From the IMG/VR virus record IMGVR_UViG_3300006139_000008: a DNA stretch of 46,733 bases, one strand, 5' to 3'. This stretch comes from a virus (Duplodnaviria > Heunggongvirae > Uroviricota > Caudoviricetes). The notes beneath the pieces are model-generated. The model searched no databases, was not told where the DNA came from, and worked only from the letters and a program-made list of their open reading frames with translations. Of this stretch, positions 28,525 through 38,095 are shown in pieces; the stretch's first letter is position 1; each line of letters starts with the position of its first letter. Position numbers and translations under genes: made by a program.

Positions 28525-29310
28525 ATGAATATTGATAAGTTTACAATCACATCTTATGACCAGATTATTGGTTTTGACAGGACAAATGGAAGTCTGGAAT
28601 TAATTCTTGACGAATTAAGTGATTTTACATTAGGGCATGAAGAGGAAAAAGCGGATATTGCTGGTAAAGGCGGCAGGACAATCGGTTCGCTGAAGAAGAA
28701 CAAGAAAGTTACCGGAAGTGGTACAAATGGTATGCTGTCAGGCGGTGCTATTGCAACTATGGTTGGTTCTGAAGCAGAAGATGGTAAATATACAATCCGC
28801 TATACAGATACTATTACTGTTTCTGCAAATAAAGGCGTTACAAAAGAAACTGCTGTTGGTACTATTGGTAATGAAATCGGAACTATTTATGTCAGGGATG
28901 CAAATAATGCTTACATTTCTGGTGGGAAAAAATTAACACAGGTTGCCGCAACACCTGCAACAGGAGAATTTTCTTACGACCCAACAACTAAGGAAATTAC
29001 ATTTTTTGCTGGTGATATAACTGACGGGACAGAAGTTATTGCATTCTATGATACCGAAGTTACAGGAAAAAGAATTACAAATGATGCTGATAATTATAGT
29101 AAGACTTTACAGGTATTTATTGATGTAACTTGTGAAGACGGATGTGATAATCTTTTTCATGGGCAGTTTATTATTGACAGGGCAGATTTCAGCGGTACGT
29201 TTGATATCCAAGGTGCTTCTGACCCAGCTACACAGGGATTCGAATTTACGTCCCTCCCAGACCTTTGTACAGGGAAAAGCCTGTTGTGGGATTTTATTAT
29301 TTTTGAATAA
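28525..29310 (+). CDS. Major tail tube protein
   Basis: AGGAGG SD; 261 aa, Thr/Gly-rich and beta-rich; position typical of SPbeta-like tail tube genes. Confidence 0.7.
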   Translation: MNIDKFTITSYDQIIGFDRTNGSLELILDELSDFTLGHEEEKADIAGKGGRTIGSLKKNKKVTGSGTNGMLSGGAIATMVGSEAEDGKYTIRYTDTITVSANKGVTKETAVGTIGNEIGTIYVRDANNAYISGGKKLTQVAATPATGEFSYDPTTKEITFFAGDITDGTEVIAFYDTEVTGKRITNDADNYSKTLQVFIDVTCEDGCDNLFHGQFIIDRADFSGTFDIQGASDPATQGFEFTSLPDLCTGKSLLWDFIIFE

Positions 29311-29363
29311 TTATTTACATAATAGGATGCCAGAAATGGCACCTATATGTTAGAGGAGGTAAT

Positions 29364-29666
29364 ATGGCAAAAAAGCAAAAAATCCCATGCCGTGTGTGTG
29401 GAAAACTTTTTGAACCGTGTGCTTATTGCAAGTCACATAGTGATGTTTTCAGATGGCGTAATTTTGCATGTTCAAGGGAATGTGCAGCAAAATATATTAA
29501 GGAAACTACAGAATACCGTGAATCTTTACGGAATACTAAGAAAAATACAGAACAGAATAAAGATTCTGTTGATAATACATCAAAAGATAAAGCTTTAACA
29601 GAAAAGAAAAAAGCAACAAAGAAACTAGACAATCATGTAACAGAAAGTAACAAGAAAACCGATTAA
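29364..29666 (+). CDS. Hypothetical basic protein with Cys cluster
   Basis: GGAGGT SD; CRVCG...CAYC...CSREC. Confidence 0.65.
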   Translation: MAKKQKIPCRVCGKLFEPCAYCKSHSDVFRWRNFACSRECAAKYIKETTEYRESLRNTKKNTEQNKDSVDNTSKDKALTEKKKATKKLDNHVTESNKKTD

Positions 29667-29758
29667 CGGATATTGTGTATTGTGATTATTGCAGGGTTAT
29701 GATTTACACAATACAACGGTAAACCATAACCCTATTTTTTACGATATGAGGTGATTAT

Positions 29759-29989
29759 ATAAGACATGGAGTAATTTTTGATAATTTAGATGAAGTTTAC
29801 CAGAATTATAATAATGAAGTTTTAAAAATTGTAAATATAAAACAACTTTTGTTCTACTCTGATATTTGCAATGTTCAACCAGACTGGATTGGGAAATCAG
29901 CTTATGACGAAAAATTGATTGCATATTATGGGAAAGATAGGACTAAGGAATGTTGGGAACGTTGGAAAAGACATGATACTAAAAAATAG
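29759..29989 (+). CDS. Hypothetical protein (76 aa), apparent ATA start
   Basis: Not in track. GAGGTGA at 29748-29754; open frame IRHGVIFDNLDEV...ERWKRHDTKK to TAG 29987-29989; fills the gap in the operon. Confidence 0.7.
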   Translation: MRHGVIFDNLDEVYQNYNNEVLKIVNIKQLLFYSDICNVQPDWIGKSAYDEKLIAYYGKDRTKECWERWKRHDTKK

Positions 29990-30007
29990 AAAGAAAGGAT
30001 TTTTATT

Positions 30008-30316
30008 ATGGAAGAAATTATAGGATTATTGCCAGTACTTTTAGTGGCAGTTGTTATGAATATTGCTGCTGGTACATATTTCAATGTTGAAAAAGAAAAT
30101 TTCAAATTCAGTTTCAAAAAGTTAATATCAGGAATAATCAAAGCAGGTATCGTAGGTGGAATGTTTATTGGCACTGCATATTGCTTTGAAGCAACTGACT
30201 TATCTTCTGTTGGGATAACACCTATTTTTGTGATGCTGTCAGCGATTTCCCTGTATGTGGGGAAGGCAATTGTGTCACTTGGGAAAATTTTAGGCGTTGA
30301 GATTAAAAGTAAATAA
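30008..30316 (+). CDS. Holin-like membrane protein (~3 TM)
   Basis: Three hydrophobic segments, basic C-terminus, directly before the amidase. Confidence 0.65.
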   Translation: MEEIIGLLPVLLVAVVMNIAAGTYFNVEKENFKFSFKKLISGIIKAGIVGGMFIGTAYCFEATDLSSVGITPIFVMLSAISLYVGKAIVSLGKILGVEIKSK

Positions 30317-30334
30317 GTAAGGAACGGTGAAAAC

Positions 30335-30883
30335 ATGAAAATTGCATTAACAGTTGGCCACTCTTTATTAAAGAATGGATGCTATACCAGTGCTGACGGG
30401 AAAACATACGGTGGCTGCAATGAATATAAATGGTGCAAGGCATTTTCGAAACAGCTGGCATCCGCCCTAAAAAAGAACGGACATAAGGTGGAGAGAATCG
30501 TATGCCCTGAAAAAAAGTTTTCCTGCAGTACACAGGAAAAAAGTTATAAGTTGAATTTAATTAATCGCAACAATTATGATCTTGTAATAGAACTGCATCT
30601 AAATGCAGCTTCCCCATCTGCAAAAGGAACTGAAGTTTTATATAAATCTCCTACAGGCAAAAAGTTTGCAAAAAATATACAAAATCAGTTATCTTCTGTA
30701 TTTTATAATAGGGGTATTAAGAAACGTATAGATTTATATATCCTTAATGGGACAAAACCACCAGCAATTTTAATTGAAACATTTTTCTGTACTAATAAAA
30801 ACGACTATGCAAAAGCGAAAGGTCTTGTAAAGAGAAAGAAAATTGCAAAACTAATTGCGGATGGAATCGAAAATACAATCTAA
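30335..30883 (+). CDS. N-acetylmuramoyl-L-alanine amidase (Amidase_3) endolysin, catalytic domain only
   Basis: LTVGH, E (NEY), IELHLNA, GTEV, ILIETFF motifs. Confidence 0.88.
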   Translation: MKIALTVGHSLLKNGCYTSADGKTYGGCNEYKWCKAFSKQLASALKKNGHKVERIVCPEKKFSCSTQEKSYKLNLINRNNYDLVIELHLNAASPSAKGTEVLYKSPTGKKFAKNIQNQLSSVFYNRGIKKRIDLYILNGTKPPAILIETFFCTNKNDYAKAKGLVKRKKIAKLIADGIENTI

Positions 30884-30907
30884 GAAAGGAAATGGCACTT
30901 ACATCCA

Positions 30908-31417
30908 ATGGATAGTATCACAGCATTAACCAGAATTGATTACACTTCTGTTTTTATTTCCGTCTTTATAATACTAATTGGTATTAAAGCGATTGTTTCA
31001 CTTTTTGAATGGGTAATTGATAAGCTTGGGGTTGAGACAAAATGGATGAGAAAACAACGTGAAGAACATGAATTGTTGATACAAACTTCTCAAAACTTAA
31101 CCGCCTTACAAGAAAGACATGTACATGATATGCATATATCTGATAAACGCGACGAAGAAATTTCTTCTGATATCAAAAAACTTACCAGAATGTTTGTAGA
31201 TAAAGAAATCGACGATATGCGCTGGGAAATCAATAATTTTGCAACCAAGGTATCAGAAGGGAGACCATGCAATAAAGACAGTTTTAAACATTGTATCCAT
31301 ACATATGAAAAATATGAAAAAATATTGGAGGAAAACGGTCTTGAAAATGGTGAAGTCGAAATATCAATGGAATTAATCAATGATGTGTACAAACAAAAAT
31401 TAAAAGAAGGATTTTAG
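30908..31417 (+). CDS. Membrane-anchored coiled-coil protein (lysis-associated?)
   Basis: N-terminal TM (VFISVFIILIGIKAIVSLF) followed by a charged helical domain. Confidence 0.55.
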   Translation: MDSITALTRIDYTSVFISVFIILIGIKAIVSLFEWVIDKLGVETKWMRKQREEHELLIQTSQNLTALQERHVHDMHISDKRDEEISSDIKKLTRMFVDKEIDDMRWEINNFATKVSEGRPCNKDSFKHCIHTYEKYEKILEENGLENGEVEISMELINDVYKQKLKEGF

Positions 31418-31515
31418 AAGTAATTAGCAAAAAAATACTAATATTTTGCAATAAAAGACCACTATCATAACGAAATGCTCTTTTATTTATTTTTCATAAA
31501 AAGGCGGTGATTAAT

Positions 31516-31848
31516 ATAGCATACTGGATTCAGGAAACAGGAACATATCATAATTATACCAATTATAGAAAATTTATGTGTGATTATCTATCTGATATTA
31601 GAAAACTTCCGAGAGTAGGTATTGAAGGAGAAAAACAGAAAAACGATACTGTGTCATCATCTCCGTGCGCTCATGGAAGTGAATGTATCTGTTTAGAAAA
31701 TTCAACTACATGGATTTTAAGCAAAGACACAAATACATGGACACAATACTCAGCAAGTACTGGTAATAGCGGTAGCGGAGGAGGAACTGTCATAGAAAAA
31801 CCACAAAGAATTACCAAAGATGATATTGATTCACTTTTTAACAGTTAG
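31516..31848 (+). CDS. Hypothetical protein; start probably ATA 31516 (track GTG lies inside the SD)
   Basis: AAGGCGGTGA at 31501-31510. Confidence 0.55.
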   Translation: MAYWIQETGTYHNYTNYRKFMCDYLSDIRKLPRVGIEGEKQKNDTVSSSPCAHGSECICLENSTTWILSKDTNTWTQYSASTGNSGSGGGTVIEKPQRITKDDIDSLFNS

Positions 31849-31862
31849 GTGGTGATGTTTTT

Positions 31863-32120
31863 ATGGAAGATAAAGTATTATATATGGAGGAATTTACTTA
31901 TTATGATAAAAAAATAAAAGAATTAATTTCTTCTAAAAGCAAAAATGTAGTACAAAAACAAAATTATCTACTATTCCCTTCCGTTGGTAATTCAAATTTA
32001 TTTTATATTGATATAGAAAACAATTCCATTTACAGGTGGGACGACACTGGAATGAAATATTTTTGCATTGGTAAAAATTACGAAAATATAGATATTATAT
32101 CTGGTGGATCGAGTAAATAA
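31863..32120 (+). CDS. Hypothetical tail-associated protein (85 aa)
   Basis: AGGTGGTGA SD; FPSVGNSNLFYID motif reminiscent of fibre-associated proteins. Confidence 0.6.
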   Translation: MEDKVLYMEEFTYYDKKIKELISSKSKNVVQKQNYLLFPSVGNSNLFYIDIENNSIYRWDDTGMKYFCIGKNYENIDIISGGSSK

Positions 32121-32189
32121 AAAATAACCTAACTAATCTTCCACTATTTCCTATAGTGGAGTTATTATTTATAAAGGAGAATTCTTTAA

Positions 32190-33125
32190 ATGGGAAATAC
32201 CAATACTAACACATTAAGTACAAGAATTTTAATCTGCAACGACACAGAGGTAAATTGGGGTGCATCTACAAAAGTCTTACTTAAAGGAGAGATGGGAATT
32301 CTTTTCCCAACAGATGCAACAAAAGAGCCAATATTTAAAGTAGGTGACGGAGTCAATACTTTTAATAATCTTAAGCAGGCGAATGTACGACTATCAGAAT
32401 TAAAAGAATTATCTGATAGAATTGGCGATTTGACTACTTTAAAGACAACTGATAAGACAAATATTGTCGCTTCCATTAATGAATTAGTAGACTCAATTAA
32501 ATCTGCCGGAAAAGTAACAATTGATACCAGTAAAACCACAGATGGATATGCAAAGTCGTATACCGTAAAGCAGGGCGTTGACAGCGACGGAAAAGATATC
32601 GTAATCGGTGTAATTGATATACCAAAGGATATGTTTGTAAGTGCAGCAGAAGTTATTGAGTTAAATGATACATCTGTCCTCCCGTCCGGAGTAACTGAAA
32701 CAGGGACTTACATTGAGTTAACTATTGCAAATTCAGCCAATGATAAAGTATATATTAATGTAAATAAACTTGCGAACATTTATAAAGCGAAGGCAAATGC
32801 AGCACAGATCCAGCTTGCTATTGACCCGTCTACAATGGAAATATCTGCATCAATCGTAAATGGTTCTGTTAGTTCTGACGCATTAGCCGATGATGCTGTT
32901 ATTACAAGTAAGATTAAAGATGGTAATGTAACAAAGGCAAAACTTGAGCAGGGTGTACAGGACTCTTTGGATAAAGCGGATGCTGCTGTTACTGATGTAA
33001 AAGTAAATGGAACTGTACTGGCAAAAGATGCTTCAAATGCCGTAAATATTGAGGAAATCCCTACAGATATTTTGAAAAATGGAGAAAATACCCTTATTTT
33101 AGATGGCGGCACAAGTTCAATATAA
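32190..33125 (+). CDS. Tail fibre/baseplate-associated protein with Mtd-N-like N-terminus
   Basis: WGASTKVLLKGEMGI...FKVGDGVNTFNNL; LTTLKTTDKTNIVASINEL fibre repeat. Confidence 0.65.
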   Translation: MGNTNTNTLSTRILICNDTEVNWGASTKVLLKGEMGILFPTDATKEPIFKVGDGVNTFNNLKQANVRLSELKELSDRIGDLTTLKTTDKTNIVASINELVDSIKSAGKVTIDTSKTTDGYAKSYTVKQGVDSDGKDIVIGVIDIPKDMFVSAAEVIELNDTSVLPSGVTETGTYIELTIANSANDKVYINVNKLANIYKAKANAAQIQLAIDPSTMEISASIVNGSVSSDALADDAVITSKIKDGNVTKAKLEQGVQDSLDKADAAVTDVKVNGTVLAKDASNAVNIEEIPTDILKNGENTLILDGGTSSI

Positions 33126-33138
33126 TAGGTGTGATAAA

Positions 33139-34845
33139 ATGGAACAAACAATTTTAGTAAAGCATAAACAGGCATATGATACAGAAGAAAACTGGAAAGC
33201 CAATAATCCTATATTATTAGCTGGACAGCTTGCATATTCCTCTGATAAATATGGTAAATATAAAGTTGGCGATGGTGTAACAAATTGGAATGATTTGGAA
33301 TACTGTAACGAAAAAGTATTTACTGGTACAAGAGAAGAATATGAAACTGCTAATAAAAATGGAGAAATTAAACCAGGCACAATCGTAAATATTACAGATG
33401 ACAATGATTATCAGGATATAAATATTGATACAGAATTATCGGAGGAAAGTGAAAATCTCGTAACTAATAAGACGGTTACAAAAGGTATTAAATACAACGA
33501 TACCAAAGACAATACAGTTACTTTTACTTCTAACGATACTTTAGAACCTCCAGCATACTCAGATGTGTCATTATTAGAAAGTAATGAAAAACACTCTTCT
33601 ATATTCAATAAAATATCTACCATGTTTAAAAATATACGCTATCTGTCTGGATTGCTTGGGACACAAGATATCTCTTCTATCGGTGAAGGAACAGTAACCA
33701 GTGCAATTAACACAATAAATACTAATTTACTAAAAAAGGAAACACTGCTCGCAAAGGGGCATGCAAACAGCGTATCTAATGATTTAAATTTAATAAAAGA
33801 GAGCGGAATATATGTAATTGGAAGCACTAGCGAATATACTAACCTCCCTCCAGAGCTTTCTAGCGAAGCATATTGTGCGCTGGTTGTGTTTAACAGCGGC
33901 ATTTATATCGTGCAGGAAATTTTCATTCCGTTTGATACAAAAGGAACTATTTATTACAGGTTTAGAACGGAACGAGAGGACGGGTGGAAGAGCTGGAAGA
34001 CATTTGGCGAAATATACGACGGCTACGACGAAACGAGAAAGGGGTTTGCAGCGGATGCAACACAGTTGAACAAAGAGGTGGAAGGGAGTTATGCAGCAGG
34101 GGTGGCGGAGGAAATCTCTGGGATAAACGCCAATTTAAACCAGAGATTGAAAGTTCCTAGAAATGCACAAAATTTAGATGATGGCCCCGGTATTAATACT
34201 TTGACAATAAAAGAGCAAGGCCCATATTCCGAAAATATTCCCGAAGAAAACTGGTTCCATGCGATTAGGTCGCAGGGAGATGACGCTAATTATCAAGTAC
34301 AGCTATTACTTGGAATGACAAGTAATAATATGTATTTTAGGAATATGCAGAATGGGGGCTGGAAACCTTGGGATAGAATACTAAAAAATAGTGATTTGTC
34401 AACCATCATCCCACAAGTTTTTAAGTATGCCACCGCCAGACAGCCTATATTTGTCATAAGTACAAGTAGTGAAGACAAGATGTACATTACTAATACCAAT
34501 GACAGGGGGTGCAAAAGGAACAGTTCCGAAAAAGCATTAATATTCAAATGCACGTATGATTCAGGCGGTTATGTCGGATATGGATTGATTTCAAAGACCA
34601 GAGAAGGTGCTTTGTGCACATCACTTCACCAATACGGTGAAATGCATGAACCAATCAAACTTACCACGCCAAAAGGGCACAATGCATACTTTTCTGGTAT
34701 GAAGTATCAAGTTTCATACAGTGCAACAGTTATTGCAGTTGTCGGAGGCACCACAAGTAACATTACGGAACTTTCTTTTGATTACTATGATAAAATGAAT
34801 GGGATGTTTTTCATATTATCAATGGTGGATTACTACATACTTTAA
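33139..34845 (+). CDS. Tail fibre / receptor-binding protein with switchable C-terminus (orientation A, 568 aa)
   Basis: WKANNPILLAGQL...YKVGDGVTNWNDL N-terminus; knob-like repeats (DLNLIKESGIY...W..W); contains the left 36-bp inverted repeat in frame. Confidence 0.75.
   Translation: MEQTILVKHKQAYDTEENWKANNPILLAGQLAYSSDKYGKYKVGDGVTNWNDLEYCNEKVFTGTREEYETANKNGEIKPGTIVNITDDNDYQDINIDTELSEESENLVTNKTVTKGIKYNDTKDNTVTFTSNDTLEPPAYSDVSLLESNEKHSSIFNKISTMFKNIRYLSGLLGTQDISSIGEGTVTSAINTINTNLLKKETLLAKGHANSVSNDLNLIKESGIYVIGSTSEYTNLPPELSSEAYCALVVFNSGIYIVQEIFIPFDTKGTIYYRFRTEREDGWKSWKTFGEIYDGYDETRKGFAADATQLNKEVEGSYAAGVAEEISGINANLNQRLKVPRNAQNLDDGPGINTLTIKEQGPYSENIPEENWFHAIRSQGDDANYQVQLLLGMTSNNMYFRNMQNGGWKPWDRILKNSDLSTIIPQVFKYATARQPIFVISTSSEDKMYITNTNDRGCKRNSSEKALIFKCTYDSGGYVGYGLISKTREGALCTSLHQYGEMHEPIKLTTPKGHNAYFSGMKYQVSYSATVIAVVGGTTSNITELSFDYYDKMNGMFFILSMVDYYIL
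34114..34149 (+). repeat. Left 36-bp inverted repeat (putative recombination site)
   Basis: ATCTCTGGGATAAACGCCAATTTAAACCAGAGATTG is the exact reverse complement of 35351-35386. Confidence 0.95.
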
Positions 34846-35350
34846 ATTAATTTATCGGAATAAGCGTTATTTCAGAAATAGAAAGATAAACCGTATTGTA
34901 ATCAAGTTCATCGCCATGGTATAGGCCGAAGCTTATCCTCTCCTCTCCTTTATCTGAAATATTGACGCATGTTTCAAAATATGTTTCTGTGTCCGTCTCA
35001 GCAAGCAGTTCCCATGACGAATAGTCATACGGGACACTTTCCTCTGGAACAGGAGCATCTCCTGCCAGAAAATAACAGCGTACAGTAAGATTGGAAGAGC
35101 TGTCGCTGCTAATATAACCTTTTATTAAAATTCCTGTATAAGCTCTAAAGTCAGTAATGCCTTTAGTTACTATAATCCCAGAATCAACATGCCCCTCGCC
35201 ATTTATGCTATATGATTTTCCGATACCGAAGTGTTGCATTCCATTAATTTCAATAGAGCGATAAAAGCAATTATAGTAATTGAATGAATACATTTCCTTA
35301 GACGCACCAAGGTACCACCCTTTACATGCAATTAACAACACTTTTTGTGG
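34150..35350. mobile_element. Putative invertible tail-fibre cassette (~1.2 kb)
   Basis: Bounded by perfect inverted repeats; holds two convergent alternative 3' gene ends, both in frame with the repeat. Confidence 0.85.
34847..35350 (-). CDS. Silent alternative tail-fibre C-terminus (167 aa, orientation B)
   Basis: Minus-strand frame reads ISGINANLNQRL (the repeat) then PQKVLL...LIPIN*; the same peptide is at the junction in the 33139 ORF. Confidence 0.8.
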   Translation of the reverse strand, partial: PQKVLLIACKGWYLGASKEMYSFNYYNCFYRSIEINGMQHFGIGKSYSINGEGHVDSGIIVTKGITDFRAYTGILIKGYISSDSSSNLTVRCYFLAGDAPVPEESVPYDYSSWELLAETDTETYFETCVNISDKGEERISFGLYHGDELDYNTVYLSISEITLIPIN

Positions 35351-35386
35351 CAATCTCTGGTTTAAATTGGCGTTTATCCCAGAGAT
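35351..35386 (-). repeat. Right 36-bp inverted repeat
   Basis: CAATCTCTGGTTTAAATTGGCGTTTATCCCAGAGAT. Confidence 0.95.
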
Positions 35387-35414
35387 ACATTTAACTAAAA
35401 AAGAGGTATAATAC

Positions 35415-37256
35415 ATGTCAATAAATATACAAACAGAAAATAATGAATTAAAAAAGATTGCAGGGACATACGGAACAAATATTGAAAGTAATATTACTAC
35501 TGATTCTGAATTGTCGCTTGAAAGCAGTAATCCGATACAGAATCAAGCCGTTGCCCAAGGATTAAATACTATTGAAGATACAGTAGGTGCAATAAGGTTA
35601 ACTAAAAAATACATCGGTGAACATAATACCCTATCTTCTTTTATTAATGGGCTGAAGGAAAATACTTGCTATGTTTTTGTCTTAACACATTCAACTTTAT
35701 CAGAAGCACTCACTCTTGCAAACATTGGATTTTTACATCAACAAAGAGAAAACGGTATTCTTAAAATCTCATGTGGTTTTAATAAATATGGTATATTTGT
35801 AGAATTTAGTGATGGTATTAATGATATACAGCAGAGGTCTATCATATATAATCCTAATTATACGGATAATTATGAATTAAATGATTGGCATAGATTTATT
35901 ACTGAAGATGGTTCTGTAAAACATGCGGATACGGCTGAGAATGCAGATACGGTAGATGGATATCATGTAAATGATTCTCCTAGTGCAGATCCACGTGGTA
36001 AAATTCCGATAGTAAAAAGTGATGGCGTAATGGAAGTTGGTAAATATATAGATTTCCATGTATCGACCGCAGATTGGGACAATGATGCCAGGATTACAGC
36101 CGGTTACGATAAAATGGAAATTGATAAACCGATTGAATCTCCGGGCATCAAAACATCTTCCCTTACTGTTAGCAGAAGTTTTTCTGGATACGGCGATCCA
36201 CAATTTGTTGTAGAAAATCCAACTTACCCAAACGCTAAAGTGATTGGATATGTTGACCAAGAAGGCGCAAATTTTAGGTTGCAGTGCAACGAGGGAAATA
36301 ACTACTTCGAATTCGATACTTTAGGAAATAATCTAAGGTTGTACCATTATTACAATGGGGCGACACCAACACTTATATCCTCTGTTGGTTCTGGGAATAA
36401 CTTAGAGCTGCAAATCGCAAGGGCTACTAAAGACAGTGATGGAAATGTGATTAAAAATACGTATTTGAAAAGTGGCAGTAATATTAGTGTTGGCTCAATT
36501 ATCTCTAGTGGGAATTTACAATTAGGTTCTTCAGCAGGCGGAGGACTGGTTTGTCCGAGTTATGGTTCATTATTTCTCACATCTTCATATGGAACTAGTT
36601 CTAGTAAAGGAATTCGAGTGGATTCCGTCACAGTTGACCCATATGATTATGTTTCGCCTACAGTAATTCCTAAAATTAGTTTTGGGCAGAGCGGTAGACC
36701 ATGGAACGGATTTTATTCTTATGTTTCAATGACAACCGTATCCGATAGACGGCAAAAGAAAAATATATATGAAGTTGATTCAAACACAGCATCACAATTA
36801 ATTTCGAAGATTATTCCAGTAACATATCAATTAAAAGACGGCGAATCTGGAAGAACACATTATGGGATGATTTCTCAACAAGTAGAAGAAGTTCTCAATG
36901 AATTAGAGATTGATTCAAAGGATTTTGCAGCTTTTATCAAATCTCCCATTACGGAAGATGTTATGGAGCAAGCTACAAGTGACGAAGGGGAATTGCTATT
37001 TGACGAAGAAAATAACCCAGTCATGATAAAAGTTGGAGAAAATGAGACTGAAGACTTTACTTACATGCTTCGGTATGAAGAATTTATTCCAATTCTATGG
37101 AAAGATGCCCAAGATAAAAATAGAAAAATTGAGCAATTACAAAATTCAAATGAAGAACTTAGCAATAAAGTTGTTAGCTTAGAGGAAAGAATAGAAAAAC
37201 TTGAATCATACATCAATATTAAAGATACAATAGATGCAGAAGGACGGTTTCAATAA
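35415..37256 (+). CDS. Tail fibre/spike with C-terminal intramolecular chaperone (peptidase S74-like) domain
   Basis: SDRRQKKNI...PVTYQLK...HYGMISQQVEEV...LRYEEFIPILWK then a coiled coil. Confidence 0.85.
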   Translation: MSINIQTENNELKKIAGTYGTNIESNITTDSELSLESSNPIQNQAVAQGLNTIEDTVGAIRLTKKYIGEHNTLSSFINGLKENTCYVFVLTHSTLSEALTLANIGFLHQQRENGILKISCGFNKYGIFVEFSDGINDIQQRSIIYNPNYTDNYELNDWHRFITEDGSVKHADTAENADTVDGYHVNDSPSADPRGKIPIVKSDGVMEVGKYIDFHVSTADWDNDARITAGYDKMEIDKPIESPGIKTSSLTVSRSFSGYGDPQFVVENPTYPNAKVIGYVDQEGANFRLQCNEGNNYFEFDTLGNNLRLYHYYNGATPTLISSVGSGNNLELQIARATKDSDGNVIKNTYLKSGSNISVGSIISSGNLQLGSSAGGGLVCPSYGSLFLTSSYGTSSSKGIRVDSVTVDPYDYVSPTVIPKISFGQSGRPWNGFYSYVSMTTVSDRRQKKNIYEVDSNTASQLISKIIPVTYQLKDGESGRTHYGMISQQVEEVLNELEIDSKDFAAFIKSPITEDVMEQATSDEGELLFDEENNPVMIKVGENETEDFTYMLRYEEFIPILWKDAQDKNRKIEQLQNSNEELSNKVVSLEERIEKLESYINIKDTIDAEGRFQ

Positions 37257-37386
37257 TTTGAAGCCGTTCTTTTATTATTAAATACTATTACTTATTAAGG
37301 TTCAGTCAATAAGTAATGGTATTTATGTGGGAGGTGTAAAAGACTGAACTGCTCCTCTCCTACCATTGATGAAATGAGGTGAAAAT

Positions 37387-37911
37387 ATTACAAAAAATAT
37401 AGGAAAAATTTTTGAACAAAACTGGAAAAAATCTATACCTAATAACGTATTTTATTATAGACCACCAGACTCTGCACAAAGTTTTGGAACAAATGAAACT
37501 TTAAGGTTTAGTGCAAAGTCCCCATGTGACTGTTTTATGTTTGATGGGGATTTTCTATATACAATTGAATTAAAATCTGTGGGTACAAAATCTATATCAT
37601 TTGAAAGGGAAAAGACTGATAAAGGTATTATACATAAGCATCAGATAGATAATTTACAGAAATTTTCTACGTATAAAAATATTATCAGTGGATTCATTTT
37701 TGACTTTAGGTTATCTGATAAAACATACTTTTGCGCAATTGATAACCTTTTAAATATGATAGCAATGCTAGATAAAAAATCATTTAATGAAACTGATTTA
37801 ATAAAATGGTGCGATATTATAATGATTAATAAAAGAAAACTCAGAGTAAATTATAGATATGATGTAAATACATTTTTACAGGAAGTGAAGAAAATTAATG
37901 TTTTCCCATGA
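37387..37911 (+). CDS. recU: RecU-like Holliday junction resolvase; apparent ATT start
   Basis: GAGGTGA SD; frame open 50 codons before ATG 37537, supplying GKIFEQ...; SPCDCFMFDG...IELKS nuclease motif; HKHQIDNL. Confidence 0.75.
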   Translation: MTKNIGKIFEQNWKKSIPNNVFYYRPPDSAQSFGTNETLRFSAKSPCDCFMFDGDFLYTIELKSVGTKSISFEREKTDKGIIHKHQIDNLQKFSTYKNIISGFIFDFRLSDKTYFCAIDNLLNMIAMLDKKSFNETDLIKWCDIIMINKRKLRVNYRYDVNTFLQEVKKINVFP

Positions 37912-38095
37912 AATAGATCAAATATTAAAGTTACAGAATTACAATATTGATTCAGAAACATATTCTAATATCTGCTCCTCTTCTCCTCAAATCAACCATG
38001 TAAAATTTAGTCCATATTCAAATGAATTTGAAATGTGGAGCAGTGATAATTATTATTGGAAATTTACAATGTACAGAAAGGAAAATGAAATATGA
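37898..38095 (+). CDS. Hypothetical protein (65 aa)
   Basis: Overlapping operonic ORF with AGGAAGTGA SD. Confidence 0.65.
   Translation: MFSHEIDQILKLQNYNIDSETYSNICSSSPQINHVKFSPYSNEFEMWSSDNYYWKFTMYRKENEI

Noticed and set aside
35387-35416. ATG 35416 as start of an independent 189-aa minus-strand gene
   Set aside because: No SD seen, overlaps the next gene's start, and the frame is explained as the silent cassette; low-level expression is not excluded.
32190-37256. Diversity-generating retroelement suggested by Mtd-like N-termini
   Set aside because: No reverse transcriptase and no template/variable repeat pair seen in the window; inversion explains the variation.
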